Assembly (NCBI GenBank): GCA_026770705.1
Contig: JANJGN010000018.1
Span: 59,396,001 to 59,460,000 of the forward strand
Length of the DNA stretch: 64,000 nucleotides
From: Isurus oxyrinchus
Taxonomy: Eukaryota
Direction of reading: 5' to 3'
This document shows positions 26,970 through 37,965 of this stretch, piece by piece; within the stretch, counting starts at the first letter, position 1; each line of letters starts with the position of its first letter. A program made the translations under genes and the position numbers. The notes under the pieces are model-generated. The model was not told the DNA's origin. It searched no databases and worked only from the letters and a program-made list of their open reading frames with translations.

Positions 26970-29010
26970 GATAATGAAGCGAGTAAAAATAAAACCGGAC
27001 AGACCACCAGGCATCAGCCGAGCTACCGGAAACAACAGTTACATACTGCCCAGCCACCCTTCAAAGTCCTCACTATCATCTCTGGGGATTTGTGCCAGAT
27101 TAGGGAGAGCTGTCTTCAACTATTGAAGCAACAGTCTGTTACAGTCATACTCACTATATCATTCCTTACAGTCAATGCCCCAGATTCTTTCACCAGGGCA
27201 GACACACCAAGGGTGGTAGCACAGTGGTATACAGTCAGGAGGGAATAAACCTGAGAGTGTCCAACATTCAATCCGAACCCCATGAAATCTCATGGTACCA
27301 GATCAAACGTGTACCTGCTGATTACCAGCTACTGCCTTTCCTCACCTGCTGAATCAATGCTCCTTCATGTTCAACACCACTTAAAAAAAGCATTGAGGGT
27401 AGCAATGGCACAATATATTTTGGATAGGGAACTTCAGTGTCCATCCCCAAGGCTGAGTCTTGAAGGACATACCATACCTGGAACTGTGACACGTGGTGAG
27501 AAAACCAACAAGAGGGAAAAACATATTTGACCTCATGCTCAGCAATTGACCTGTCACAGATGCATCTGTCTATGACAGAATTGGTAGGTCCTTGTGGAGA
27601 CAAAGTCCTGTGTTCATATTCAGGGCATCCTCCATCATGCTGTGTGGCACCACCACTGCACTAAATAGGACAGACATGGAACAGACCTAGCAGCTCAAAA
27701 CTGGGCATCCATGGGCTGCTGTGGCCTATCAGCAGCAGCAGAATTGTATTTAATGACAATATGTAATCTCATGGCTTGGTATTTCCCTCTCTCTATCATT
27801 ACCATAAACCAAGTGATCAAAGCTCTGCAGTCCTGCCACGTCCAGTCATAAATGGTGGACAATTGAACAACTAATGGAGGAGGTGCTTCACAAAATCCCC
27901 ATCCTCATTGAGGCCAGACCCCAACATCTCCATGCAAAAGACAAGGCTGAAGCTTTTGCAACCATCTTCAGACAGAAATGCCAAGTGGATGATCCAACTT
28001 GTCCTCTTCCTGACCTCCCCAGGATCACAGATGAGAGTCTTCAGCCAATTCAATTCACTTCATTTAATATCAAGAAATGACTGAAGACATTGGATACAGC
28101 AAAGGCTAGGGGCCCTGACAACACCCCAGCTGTAGTGCTGAAGATTTATGTTCCAGAGTTAGAAACTCCCCTAGCTAAGCTGTTCCTGTACAGCTACAGC
28201 ACTGGCATCCAGTTGACAATGTGGAATATTGCAGGTATGTACCGTTCACATAAAGCAGGATATATCAAATCCAGCCAATTACTGTCCCATCAGTCTAATC
28301 TCACTCATCAGCAAAGCAATGGAAGGTGTCATTGACAGTGCTAGCAAGTGGCAATAAACTATCATCATTGCTCAGTTTGGGTTCTGCCAGGGCCACTTGG
28401 CTCCTGACCTTATTACAGCCCTGGTCCAAACATGGACAAAAGAGGTGAGAGTGACTATCCCTGACATCGCGGCAGCATTTGACCAACTCTGGCGCCAGGG
28501 AGCCCTAGCAAGATTGAAGCCAGTGGAAATCAAGGGAAACTCTTCACTGGTCAAAGTCATACTTAGCACAAAAGAAGATGGTTGTGGTTGATGGAGTCCA
28601 AATTCTCAGCTCTAGGACATTACCCTGAGGAACTCCAAGGCCTAACCATCTTAAGCTGGGGCGATCATCATTGACCAGAAGCTAATCTGGTCCAGCCATA
28701 TAAACGACACATTTACAAGAGCAGGGCAGATGCTATAATTTATAACCAGTGATTCACCTTTGGCAATCTCTCAAGTCTTCTTCACTATCTTCAAAATTCA
28801 AGTTAATACTTGTCACTCACCTGACAACTACAACCATATCCAGGTCAGAGCATTCAACTCTATCATTGCCCCTGCTATATGATTCAATGTGATAATTTGG
28901 CATCACTTACACACTAGCTGCAACGTATGCTGTGTGCAAGAAAAATTGCAACAACTCGGCTTACTTTGATAGCATCTCCCAGCCAGGCAACATATGCCAT
29001 CAAGAAGGAG
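26970..29010 (+). mobile_element. Decayed LINE (RTE-X-like), endonuclease-RT remnants
   Basis: Frameshifted fragments KARGPDNTPAVVLKIYVPELETPLAKLF, APDLITALVQTW, DIAAAFDQLW. Confidence 0.85.
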
Positions 29011-29189
29011 GCCTCCTAAGTATTTGCTTGTGTTCCAAATAGTGGAGATCATATTCATTAGGAAGTAACTTTCTGTTCATACTCTAAGGTGTGTCCAGCA
29101 GAGATGGTGCTAATATTTGAGTCTCTACGGAAATGATTCACCTTTGGATTTTCAAAGACATCAGTACATCCATTAATGAATATGTCATT

Positions 29190-30190
29190 CAGGTAGTTAT
29201 GTTGCTGACAATTCAGGTACCTGGCCTACTAAACCAGAGACATGGGGCTGGATTTTACAGGGCACCATATTGCCTGCACCATCACACCCAGCCACCCCCC
29301 CACCCCCACGACTGAAAACTCACCCACCGGAACCCTGGCTGCCCTAAAGTAATGTTAACCAGGAAGCAGCCTTTGTTGTTTCAGAGTGGAATGAAGTCCC
29401 ACCCTAGAGAGCTGCTGGCCAACCAGATTAGCTGGCACCTCTGTAGTCCAGCAGTGCCAGATTCGAGCAGTGGCCACTGCTGGGACTACAGGCAGTCCCC
29501 GAGAAAGAAGGCTGATGGAGCCCAGACTTGAAATCAATCTGGGATTTTGGATGGGCCTGGCTGACAAACTCCAGGGAGGGGAGTAGGGAGGCCAGGTTTA
29601 AGAGGCTAAAGGGGGAGGGGTTAAAGGAGGTACCCCCATTTGCTGCCTGACAGCAGCCTTCCCTTATCACCTGTATAATAGTGGCAGAGGCGGATTGGCC
29701 ACTTAAGGGCCTCAATAGACCTAAGGGTGGGCAGGCTGTCTGACGCTTTTCCGGCCTGCCATCATATCGCAGACAGTTTGGTTGTGGGTGGGAAGATCAC
29801 CCACCTTATTTTACAAGCCCCACCACCCTTCAAATACACCAGCCAGAGGGCCATAAATTCCAGCTCATGAGTTCAGATTCCCGTTCCTTCCCCTCCCCCC
29901 ACCTCCCCAAACCCGCAACCTACAGCCACTTCAGCTGGGGAATTTAAATTCAGTTAATAATAATTAAAAACCTAGTATCAGTAATGGAACTACCAGAATG
30001 CTGTAACAACCCATCTGATTCGTTAATGTTCTTGTGGAAAAGAAATCCGCCATCCTCACCTGGTCTGGCCTATTTGTGATTCTAGACTGATAACAATGTA
30101 GTTGACTCTTAAATGGCCTAGCAAGTCACTCAGTTATTTCAAGGGTAATTAGGGATGGGCAATAAATGCTGGCTATTTCTACCTACGAAT
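29190..30190 (+). mobile_element. Second copy of the same SINE, split by a MITE in its tRNA head
   Basis: 30008-30172 aligns with 2073-2227. The head half lies left of 29245 and the B-box-like sequence resumes at about 29869. Confidence 0.7.
29245..29866. mobile_element. Non-autonomous DNA transposon / MITE (PIF-Harbinger-like)
   Basis: Imperfect TIRs GGGCTGGATTTTAC / ATAAATTCCAGCTC, 3-bp TSD ATG (29242-29244, 29867-29869), GC-rich non-coding interior. Confidence 0.7.
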
Positions 30191-30804
30191 AATATTTCAA
30201 AATGTAAATAAAAGTTGATTCACATTTTTGTAGCTGTACATGTGAATATTACCCAAGATCAAATATGTCACTAAGTTGCCACTTCTTCCAACCATTGGTT
30301 TGAAGGGCATAACAGACATGGGAGTCCACCCAATAAATGTATGTTATGCTTAGATCTCCCAGACCAATGGAATTTACCAAATATGTACTATTAGCACAAG
30401 CCATTTGCGAAGACTGTAACAATTCGATTTACTGACTAATCTCCACTGTGTCCTCCTTTGCAGCTATAAACATAAATCCAGCTTCCCCGGAAGCGTGAAG
30501 CTGATGAATGATTCAAATTATTATCTTGTTATAAGAGTGCGTCTTAAATCTCTCTCTTTCACCATTACAAATTATGCATGTTTTGTTGGTTGGAAAATTG
30601 ATCCTGATGACAAGTGAAATTAAGAAAATCGGAAATACAGTTCTTACCTCGCTGCCACTTCAGCTGGGGAAATTTAAATTCAGTAAAGTAATAATTAAAA
30701 ATCTAGGATCAGTAATGATCTCCAATGTAGAATATGTTGGTCTTGATCTTGATCTGAATAAATACCACAAATGTCTTCTCATACAAATAAGAAGTCGGGT
30801 CTTA

Positions 30805-32013
30805 ATGCTGTTTGTTCAGATTCATATCTGTGACACAAAGACAGATATTTAGCAACTATTTTGAAAGCTACAGTTACTGTACTATTGCACTTACTGAGTG
30901 AGTCATCTGGTATTTTGAATCTGGTTACTTTTATATATTGTTTCCAAGTAGCTTTTTCCTAGATTTATTACAACTATGATGCTGATGCAGGTTGCGCAAG
31001 GTTGCATTTATAGTCCAGTTTTTGTGGGTCTGGAGAATGTACTGTAGGATCAACAGAACTATTATATTGTACATTGTACCATATTCATGTTGTATGGAGT
31101 TAAAATGATGGTTACAATGAACAGTATTTTTCTTGCCAATTTTTTTGGCTGAAGAGACCCTAAATCATGAAAACTCACCCGAGTTTCTCACTGGTGAGCA
31201 CGTCTTTGCACTTTACTCCAAATTACATTAAACATAGACCAGGATGTACCTGATTGACCTTAGTTTGCTTATTGCTTATTTTGACTTATTTGTTTTCTAC
31301 ACATTTGTGTACTAAACTCTAAGAGTGCAGGCAGCTTACCCACTCTGAGATCTTTGCTGATACCTCTGGATTAGAAAGTGATTAATCTAATTTTCATTCC
31401 CTTGCTGTGTGAAAGAATATGACACATGATTCTGATTTTCATTTCCTACCCCCTCCCAGTATATAAAGCACCACTGTTATGGGAATTGCAGCATAGTGAC
31501 CAGTCATTTGTACTAACAGATTCACACCAGTGTTTATGCTGCACAAACCTGTCAAATGAATTTAAGGTTAATTCATTTTTGAAATTTATTTTCTAAAGAT
31601 AGATAATATGGTCACTGCCCATGAAAAATAAGAAATTGTAATTTATTTTATGAACCAATCCTAAATAGTTGTAAGACTGGTGCAGCATCCTAGAATATAA
31701 AAGGCTTTTTTTATTTTAATAGGTGATTCATTCCCATAGAATAAATAAGATGACTCACTGGGGATTTGGTGCATGCATTCGTCTATTCTTGCAAAAGAAA
31801 TCACTATGATAATCCCAAGTTGTGAAGCGCTAGAAATTTAGAATGTTGAGCAAGTTCTTATGTAGGAACAGATTATCTTGAAACAATATATGAATGTAAC
31901 TAGGTTCAAAATATTAGTAGGTGACTCACTCAGTAAATGCAATGGTACCTGTTGCATTCTAACTAACTGCTAAATATCTTTGTGTCACAGATATGAATCT
32001 GAACAAGCAGCAT
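30805..32013. repeat. Long inverted repeat (about 150-bp arms, about 0.9-kb spacer)
   Basis: 30805-30960 is the diverged reverse complement of 31860-32013, including a perfect 30-mer TTGTTCAGATTCATATCTGTGACACAAAGA. Confidence 0.85.
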
Positions 32014-32114
32014 CACCACCTACCTATATAATCTCAAGTTTTTGAAGGATGCACCTTCCACATAATGTGGAATTTGCTTATGTGTGGTGTGGTATTAGGG
32101 CACATTCTGTTTTA

Positions 32115-32886
32115 AGTACATACAAACTAGGAACAGGATTAGACCACTTGGCCCTTCCTTCCTGCTCCGCCATTAAATAAGATCATGACTGATCTGATTG
32201 TAACCTTCTGCCTACCCCGGATAACCTTTCATCCCCTTGTTAATCAAGAACCTATCTAGCACTGCTTTAAAAATATTTGAAGACCCTGCTTCCACCACCT
32301 TTTGAGGAAGAGAGTTGAGGAAGAGAAAAAAACATTTCTCCTCATCTCTTTCTTAAATATTATATCACTTATTTTAAAACTGTGACTCCTAGTTCTAGAT
32401 TCTCCTCTCCGCATCCTGACACATCTACCCTGTCAGGACCCCTCAGGATCTTAAAGGTTTCAATCAAGTCACCTGTTACTATCCTAAACTCCAGTGGATA
32501 CAAGCCTAACCTGTCCAACCTTTCCTCATAAGATAACCCATCCATTCCTGGTATTAGCCTAGTAAACCTTCAACTGAACTGTTTCCAGTGCATTTACATC
32601 TTTCCTTAAATAAGGAGACCAATACTGTACACAGTACTCCAGACGTGGTCTCACCAATGCCCTGTACAACTGAAACATAACCTCCCTACATTTATATTCA
32701 ATTCCTCTCACAATAAATGATAAGATTCTATTAGCTTTCATAATTACTTGCTGTACCTGCATAAGAGCCTTTTGTGTTTCATACACTAGGACACCCAGAT
32801 TCCTCTGAATCACAGAGCTCTGCAATCTCTTACCATTTAGATAATATGCTTTTTTATTCTTCCTGCCAAAATGGACAATTTCACAT
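32115..32886 (-). mobile_element. CR1 LINE 3' fragment
   Basis: LGVLV...ANRILSFIVRGIEYKCREVMFQLYRALVRPRLEYCVQYWSPYLRKDVNALETVQ, followed by a CR1-type 3' UTR. Confidence 0.9.
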
Positions 32887-33352
32887 GTGTATATAAATCT
32901 GAAGGCTCCAAGCTTGTTCCTTGGTCACTGAACTAACTGGTCTCTGTTGGCATGCTACAATTGACCAATGAATCTCTGGCATTAGCGAGGAGTCAAATCA
33001 GTCGGTTCCTACCCTGGTGGCTCTCTGATCACTCCTGGTAGAAATTATGTGTGTGTGACAGATGAAGAACACACAGACTGCAGGCAACAATGGATCCCAA
33101 TGTACCCCAAAAAATTGGCATCTTTACAAAAGGAAAGAAAAATAAAGGGCGGGGGGGACGAGAAGGTAAGTGTTAAAAGGAAATTCAAAGGCAGTGTCAG
33201 CCTCTGAAGATATTTCTGATTTTTGTCTATCAAGATGCATCCACAGACCTTTTCCTTAGGCAAATTTAAAATAATTACTCTGCAGCTTCTAAAGAAGAAA
33301 CACAAGGTGAGAGAATCTGCACTGGAGCTTTGGGCTGCATTAGAGTGCTTCA

Positions 33353-33479
33353 AAAACAGAAAATGCTTGAAAAACTCAGCAGGTCTGACAGTGTCTGTGG
33401 AGGGAGAAACAGAGTTAACGTTTCGAGTCCGTATGACCCTTCTTCAGAGCTGAAGAAAAGTAGAAATGTGAATTATGTA
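33353..33479 (-). mobile_element. Short Penelope-like insertion with hammerhead motif and perfect 15-bp TSD
   Basis: Flanked by CATTAGAGTGCTTCA at 33338-33352 and 33480-33494. Minus strand reads CTGAAGA-A-GGGTC-atacg-GACTC-GAAA-CGTT. Confidence 0.75.
33413..33451 (-). ncRNA. Minimal type I hammerhead ribozyme motif
   Basis: agct CUGAAGA A GGGUC/GACUC (stem II) GAAA CGUU aacu. Canonical core, palindromic ACGU helix III, one mismatch in stem I. Confidence 0.6.
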
Positions 33480-34121
33480 CATTAGAGTGCTTCAGTTGGA
33501 GTTTGTCTAGTGTCTTGGTTCCAAATATTGACGGATCCAGAAGCTTTCCCAGCTCTGACCTAAGTGGATGTTGTCAGCCTGGCCTGAAGTCCTCAGTGGG
33601 GCCCCCTCTGAGGCTTGTATGCATAAGGAACCCTTCTCAACCATATTAACAGATAAAGGCGGGGTGGGGGGGGGGGGAGGCTTATCCATGCCATTCGCAC
33701 CTATGAAGTGTTCACAAGGAATTCATTGAAATGGACTTCTCTTGCTACTCAGAAGCAACAAATATTGGTAGCTGGTTTTATATCCGCAATAAAGTAAAAG
33801 ATAGGAGAGCAAAAAAGCTGTTTTCGGAATAGATTTTCAGAAATTTAAAAAAAACTCCACAGAAGAACTGGCCAAGAATCAAAGTTATATAAATATTTAC
33901 CAGCAAAAAAGAATGTGGGACCCTAAAGTGTGGACCTCCCCATTTGAAAACTGAAAGATGTTCCTAATACCAGTTGAAAAATGAAGGCTTTACATGGCAT
34001 GAAACCTAACTTTCTTCTTCCATGCATCCATTTAAGGTGACTGACTATTTCTAAGAAAAGGTAGGAAATAGGTCCTCACAGATTAGTTGAGTCTACAGAC
34101 AATGTGCCGACTGTACTCTGA

Positions 34122-34342
34122 AATAAAATCAGAAAATGCTGCAAATACTCATCAGGCCTGGCAGCATCTGTGGAGATAAAAACAGGGTTAACATTTCAGG
34201 TTGATGACCTTTTTGTCAGGAAGGGCACTTCAGATCAATGACTTTTCATCAAAACAGACATTATTGACCTGAAATGTTAACTCAATTTCTCTCCAGAGAT
34301 ATTGCCAGACCTGCTGAGTATTTCCAGCATGTTCTGTTTTCA
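34122..34342. mobile_element. Inverted pair of older Penelope-like ends
   Basis: AAATGCTGCAAATACTCATCAGGCCTGGCAGCATCTG...GTTAACATTTCAGGT is the approximate reverse complement of ACCTGAAATGTTAAC...TGCCAGACCTGCTGAGTATTTCCAGCAT. Confidence 0.7.
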
Positions 34343-34450
34343 AAACAAAAACAGAATTACCTGGAAAAACTCAGCAGGTCTGGCAGCATCGGCGGAGAAG
34401 AAAAGAGTTGACGTTTCGAGTCCTCATGACCCTTCGACAGAACTTGAAGA
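34343..34450 (-). mobile_element. Short Penelope-like insertion with hammerhead motif, inserted at the end of an older copy
   Basis: 14-bp TSD with one mismatch (ATGTTCTGTTTTCA 34329-34342 / ATGTTTTGTTTTCA 34451-34464). Confidence 0.7.
34406..34444 (-). ncRNA. Minimal hammerhead ribozyme motif (variant core)
   Basis: AGUU CUGUCGA A GGGUC-augag-GACUC GAAA C GUC AACU. Perfect 4-bp stem I and a GUC triplet, but core A6 is U. Confidence 0.55.
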
Positions 34451-34539
34451 ATGTTTTGTTTTCACTTTGTTCCTCTGACTGACTTACCTTCTGTCCATTC
34501 ATCCAGAAAAACCTTCAGCCTTTTGAGTCATATTGACTT

Positions 34540-34703
34540 AGAATTCCCTCTCTAAACTTTCGCTACCACTCCCTGTCTCTTTCCTCTTTTAATTGTCTGC
34601 ACAAATCCTATTTCTTCAATTTTTGGCCCACATCTTGCTCTTCCTGTTTTCACTTGGATGGTCTTTACATTGAAAATGCTATATGAATGCAAGTTGTTAT
34701 TGT
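34540..34703 (+). mobile_element. L2 3' end
   Basis: TTCCCTCTCTAAAC...TGCTATATGAATGCAAGTTGTTATTG tail. Confidence 0.55.
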
Positions 34704-37700
34704 AGCTCACAACGTAGCAGCATTTCATGAAAAACACGTCAGCTTCATCTTAGGGGTTTCTTGCCAATTAGCTGATAATGATGCATGCTAATGGCTTTTA
34801 GAAGCACTCTTGCCAGGTACATATGTTTCAAAGGGCAGTTTTGAGATTTGCCAAACTTTGTTCTACCAATCACATCAATATCTTGCACTTACACAGCACT
34901 CTTCATGTGTAGAAGATGTCTCAGTGCTTTACAAAGAGAAAGAAATAAATGTAGTGGTCACTAAGTGTGGACAATTGGAAAAATCATAAAGAGCCTTGGA
35001 TTGAGAACTTAGAGCTGGCTTGAGCAAAGTGATTTTTGGCAGGAAGACATTGCTAAAGTATAGAGGGGTGAGTCTATAGAGTGATTTATAAACAAGGAAA
35101 AGAATTTTGGAGTGGGTCTCTTCTCTTTAGAAAACAGTAGCAAGACAATTTTTTCACCAACCCATCCAGTTCTGCCCCATGCCAACCCAACAGTGCCCCA
35201 CCTGTGAAAATAATAAAAGATAGGTTCAAGGCTGAGGTTAATGAATTACAGTGGTCATAGAACCATAGAAAAGTTACAGCACAGGAGGAGGCCATTCAGC
35301 CCATCTTGTCCATATCAGCCTGAGGACACCCAGGTACCGTTTCTAATCCGACCCGGCACCCGGCCCATAGACCTGCAGCATACAGCATTTAAGGTGCAGA
35401 TCCAGGTACTTTTTAAAAGAGTTTAGAGTTTCATCTAAAATTTAAGTAGACTTGTATGAAAATAGGCTCAAGTTCTTAGTAGGACACTACACACTGAATT
35501 TCTTCCATTTTGAATTCTAAGCTTTATTAATGGAAGGTTTTCTGAAGCCACCATAAGAACTTTTTTGATGGCCAGCACATTAAGGAGAAGCCTCCCGGTG
35601 TCCCCTAAAGCTGTAACCCAATCATTGTTGCAGAATACTGCTGAGAATCGCAACTTCTGTGGTCAATGTTGGCCTATCAAAATTACTATTGATCTTTCCA
35701 TTTTTATTTTGTAGAATGCTTTAGGAATGAGAAGAAATGAGGGATGACTTTTGTTTTCAGGACAATGCAGACCTGTGTCTGGTGATTCGCAATAAATGTT
35801 AAAGCCTGTATTGTCTGCAACTGGGATTTATCAATAAATCTGGACTACAAAAATAAATCTACTGAACTATGGTGTGAATAGTGTTCTTGCAAGAACTTCT
35901 GATGAACCAACTATTATCTAACTAGGGATAAAAGTGGTAATACACCAGGTGTAGATGGAATGCAACAATAGAAAATGTTTTGGGGGCTGAAAGGGACCAC
36001 ATTGCAATGGTATTTTACATAAATATAAAACCCTCAGATTCTTGCAATATTAATGGAAGATTTCCCTGTGAAAGTAAGCATCCTTGAGGTTGATTGCAAT
36101 AAAGAAATCTCGAGCAGGTTAATGAATAATTTGAAGCAGCCTCAGAAGTTTATTTTGGTGAAGCTCCAGGATTAACTGAAATTCCATGATTTCCTGGATC
36201 TCATATAACTCCCAATTAAAATATGTTGATCATTTTTTCCACCTAAAATGTATACAATGTGGGTACCTAAAGTAATTGAAACAAATAGCAGTATCACTAT
36301 TGATCCCTTCAAAGGAAGAGTGCTCTCCTGACATTTCGGAGGGTATCATTCCTTGTCAACATTGAAATGTTGCCCAAGAAAAACCGTGCTACAAAAACTC
36401 CTAGACCAATAGTCTCAAACTTCTAAATGGAGAAGTCTTGTTAGAAACAGCCAAAGAGTAGGTGAAAATAACATTGCAAAGGTTTAAGAATGCCCCTTTC
36501 CTTCGGTATTAATCACAACACTTGTAGAAAAGATGTGTCAGAAGCATCTCGGTAGCAACCAGCACTGGGCGACCTGAAGCGGAATCAGCAACAGTTGGTA
36601 CATGTTCTTGGTGCCAATACATTAATGCCTTTAAGACTGACTAAAATCTGCAGAGGTGCACAGAGTTGACTTTGATCAGTTCCAATAATTAAATGGATCT
36701 TCCTTCATAATATCTTCCCTTTGTGAATAAGGTCTTCATGATAAATGCCCTAGCAATCACTTACTGGACATTCTGTTAAAATCACATGGCTGGTGCATTT
36801 CTTTGCTATCCTTTTCCTGTATTGAAGTCCTTAATGAGAACTGGAACCAAATCCAATATACCTGCATAAGCACACTTCCATGCAAAACACTTGAGCCACA
36901 TAAAATGACAATCAGCAAAAGCAAAGGCATCTGAACATTTTGAATTGTATCTAAAACCTAAACCATGAGATGACATTTCACTTAGAATATATTTTACTTT
37001 ATTGAATATGAATCAAAGTTAAAACAGTTAATCTGGTAAAAAAAATTGTTACTAATGTATTTTAAAACTTGCTGCAAAATACTTTGAAATACATTTGAAT
37101 TGTGGAACAGCCAGGGTGGAATCTTCATGCTGATAATTAAAACATTGGGTGAACATGGTTAGGGAGGAATATTTTTGTATTTTATGCAGGTAAAATCCCT
37201 GTATTATATTGTTTACATCAAAATATCATGAGGTCCCTAATGATTTTCCTCATTGATAGCATGGCCTCAATAATTTGGTTATTTTTGTATCCCTTCCATG
37301 TTGAGATTATGTTCTGAAGGTGTAATGATGATGACTTTGACTACACTGTGCGAGAATAGTAGCCAACTAAAGGACTGGACCCATATCCCAATTCTACAAA
37401 TTCAACTCGCTTTTACTTAACTCACAGTATAAAGTCTATTACCATTCAGTTACGAATTGTGTTGCAACTTCAGCCACAACTGTACTCTGTTTTAAAATCC
37501 TTAGCTAACTTGTCGGCCTGGGCCTGAAACTGTATCCAATTGAATTGTTACTTAATTGTTAGCACATTTTGTAAGAATATCTTTACCTGAGCCTGACTCC
37601 TCCATCTAGATGGAACAGATATCTTTTAAAATACCGTGTCTCCAAACAGAGACTTTTTTTATATAACGTGAATGGTGCTTAATTTACCAGGATAGGCGCT

Positions 37701-37874
37701 ATCTCACACATATAAAATACATTATTCCAATATGTGAAATAACGAGACTCGCAGAACTATTTTCTTGTATTACCAATGCCACTTAGTAAAACATAAGCTT
37801 TGGGTTTTTACCAATGAAGAGCATTATCTGTAACTAAAGTGCCTCCTTTCCAGTAACTGACGCCACTGAATCTG

Positions 37875-37965
37875 GTACTCTGCTGAAAAGTCACAGACCT
37901 CAAATGTTTCTCCCTCCATTGATGCTGTCAGATCTGCTGAGTATTTCCCGCACTTTCTGATCTTC
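37875..37965 (+). mobile_element. Decayed Penelope-like short element
   Basis: CTGCTGAAAAGTCACAGACCTCAAATG...GATGCTGTCAGATCTGCTGAGTATTTCC resembles the family. Confidence 0.55.

Noticed and set aside
33338-34464. CRISPR-like or prokaryotic repeat system
   Set aside because: The direct repeats are pairwise TSDs of eukaryotic insertions, not a repeat-spacer array.
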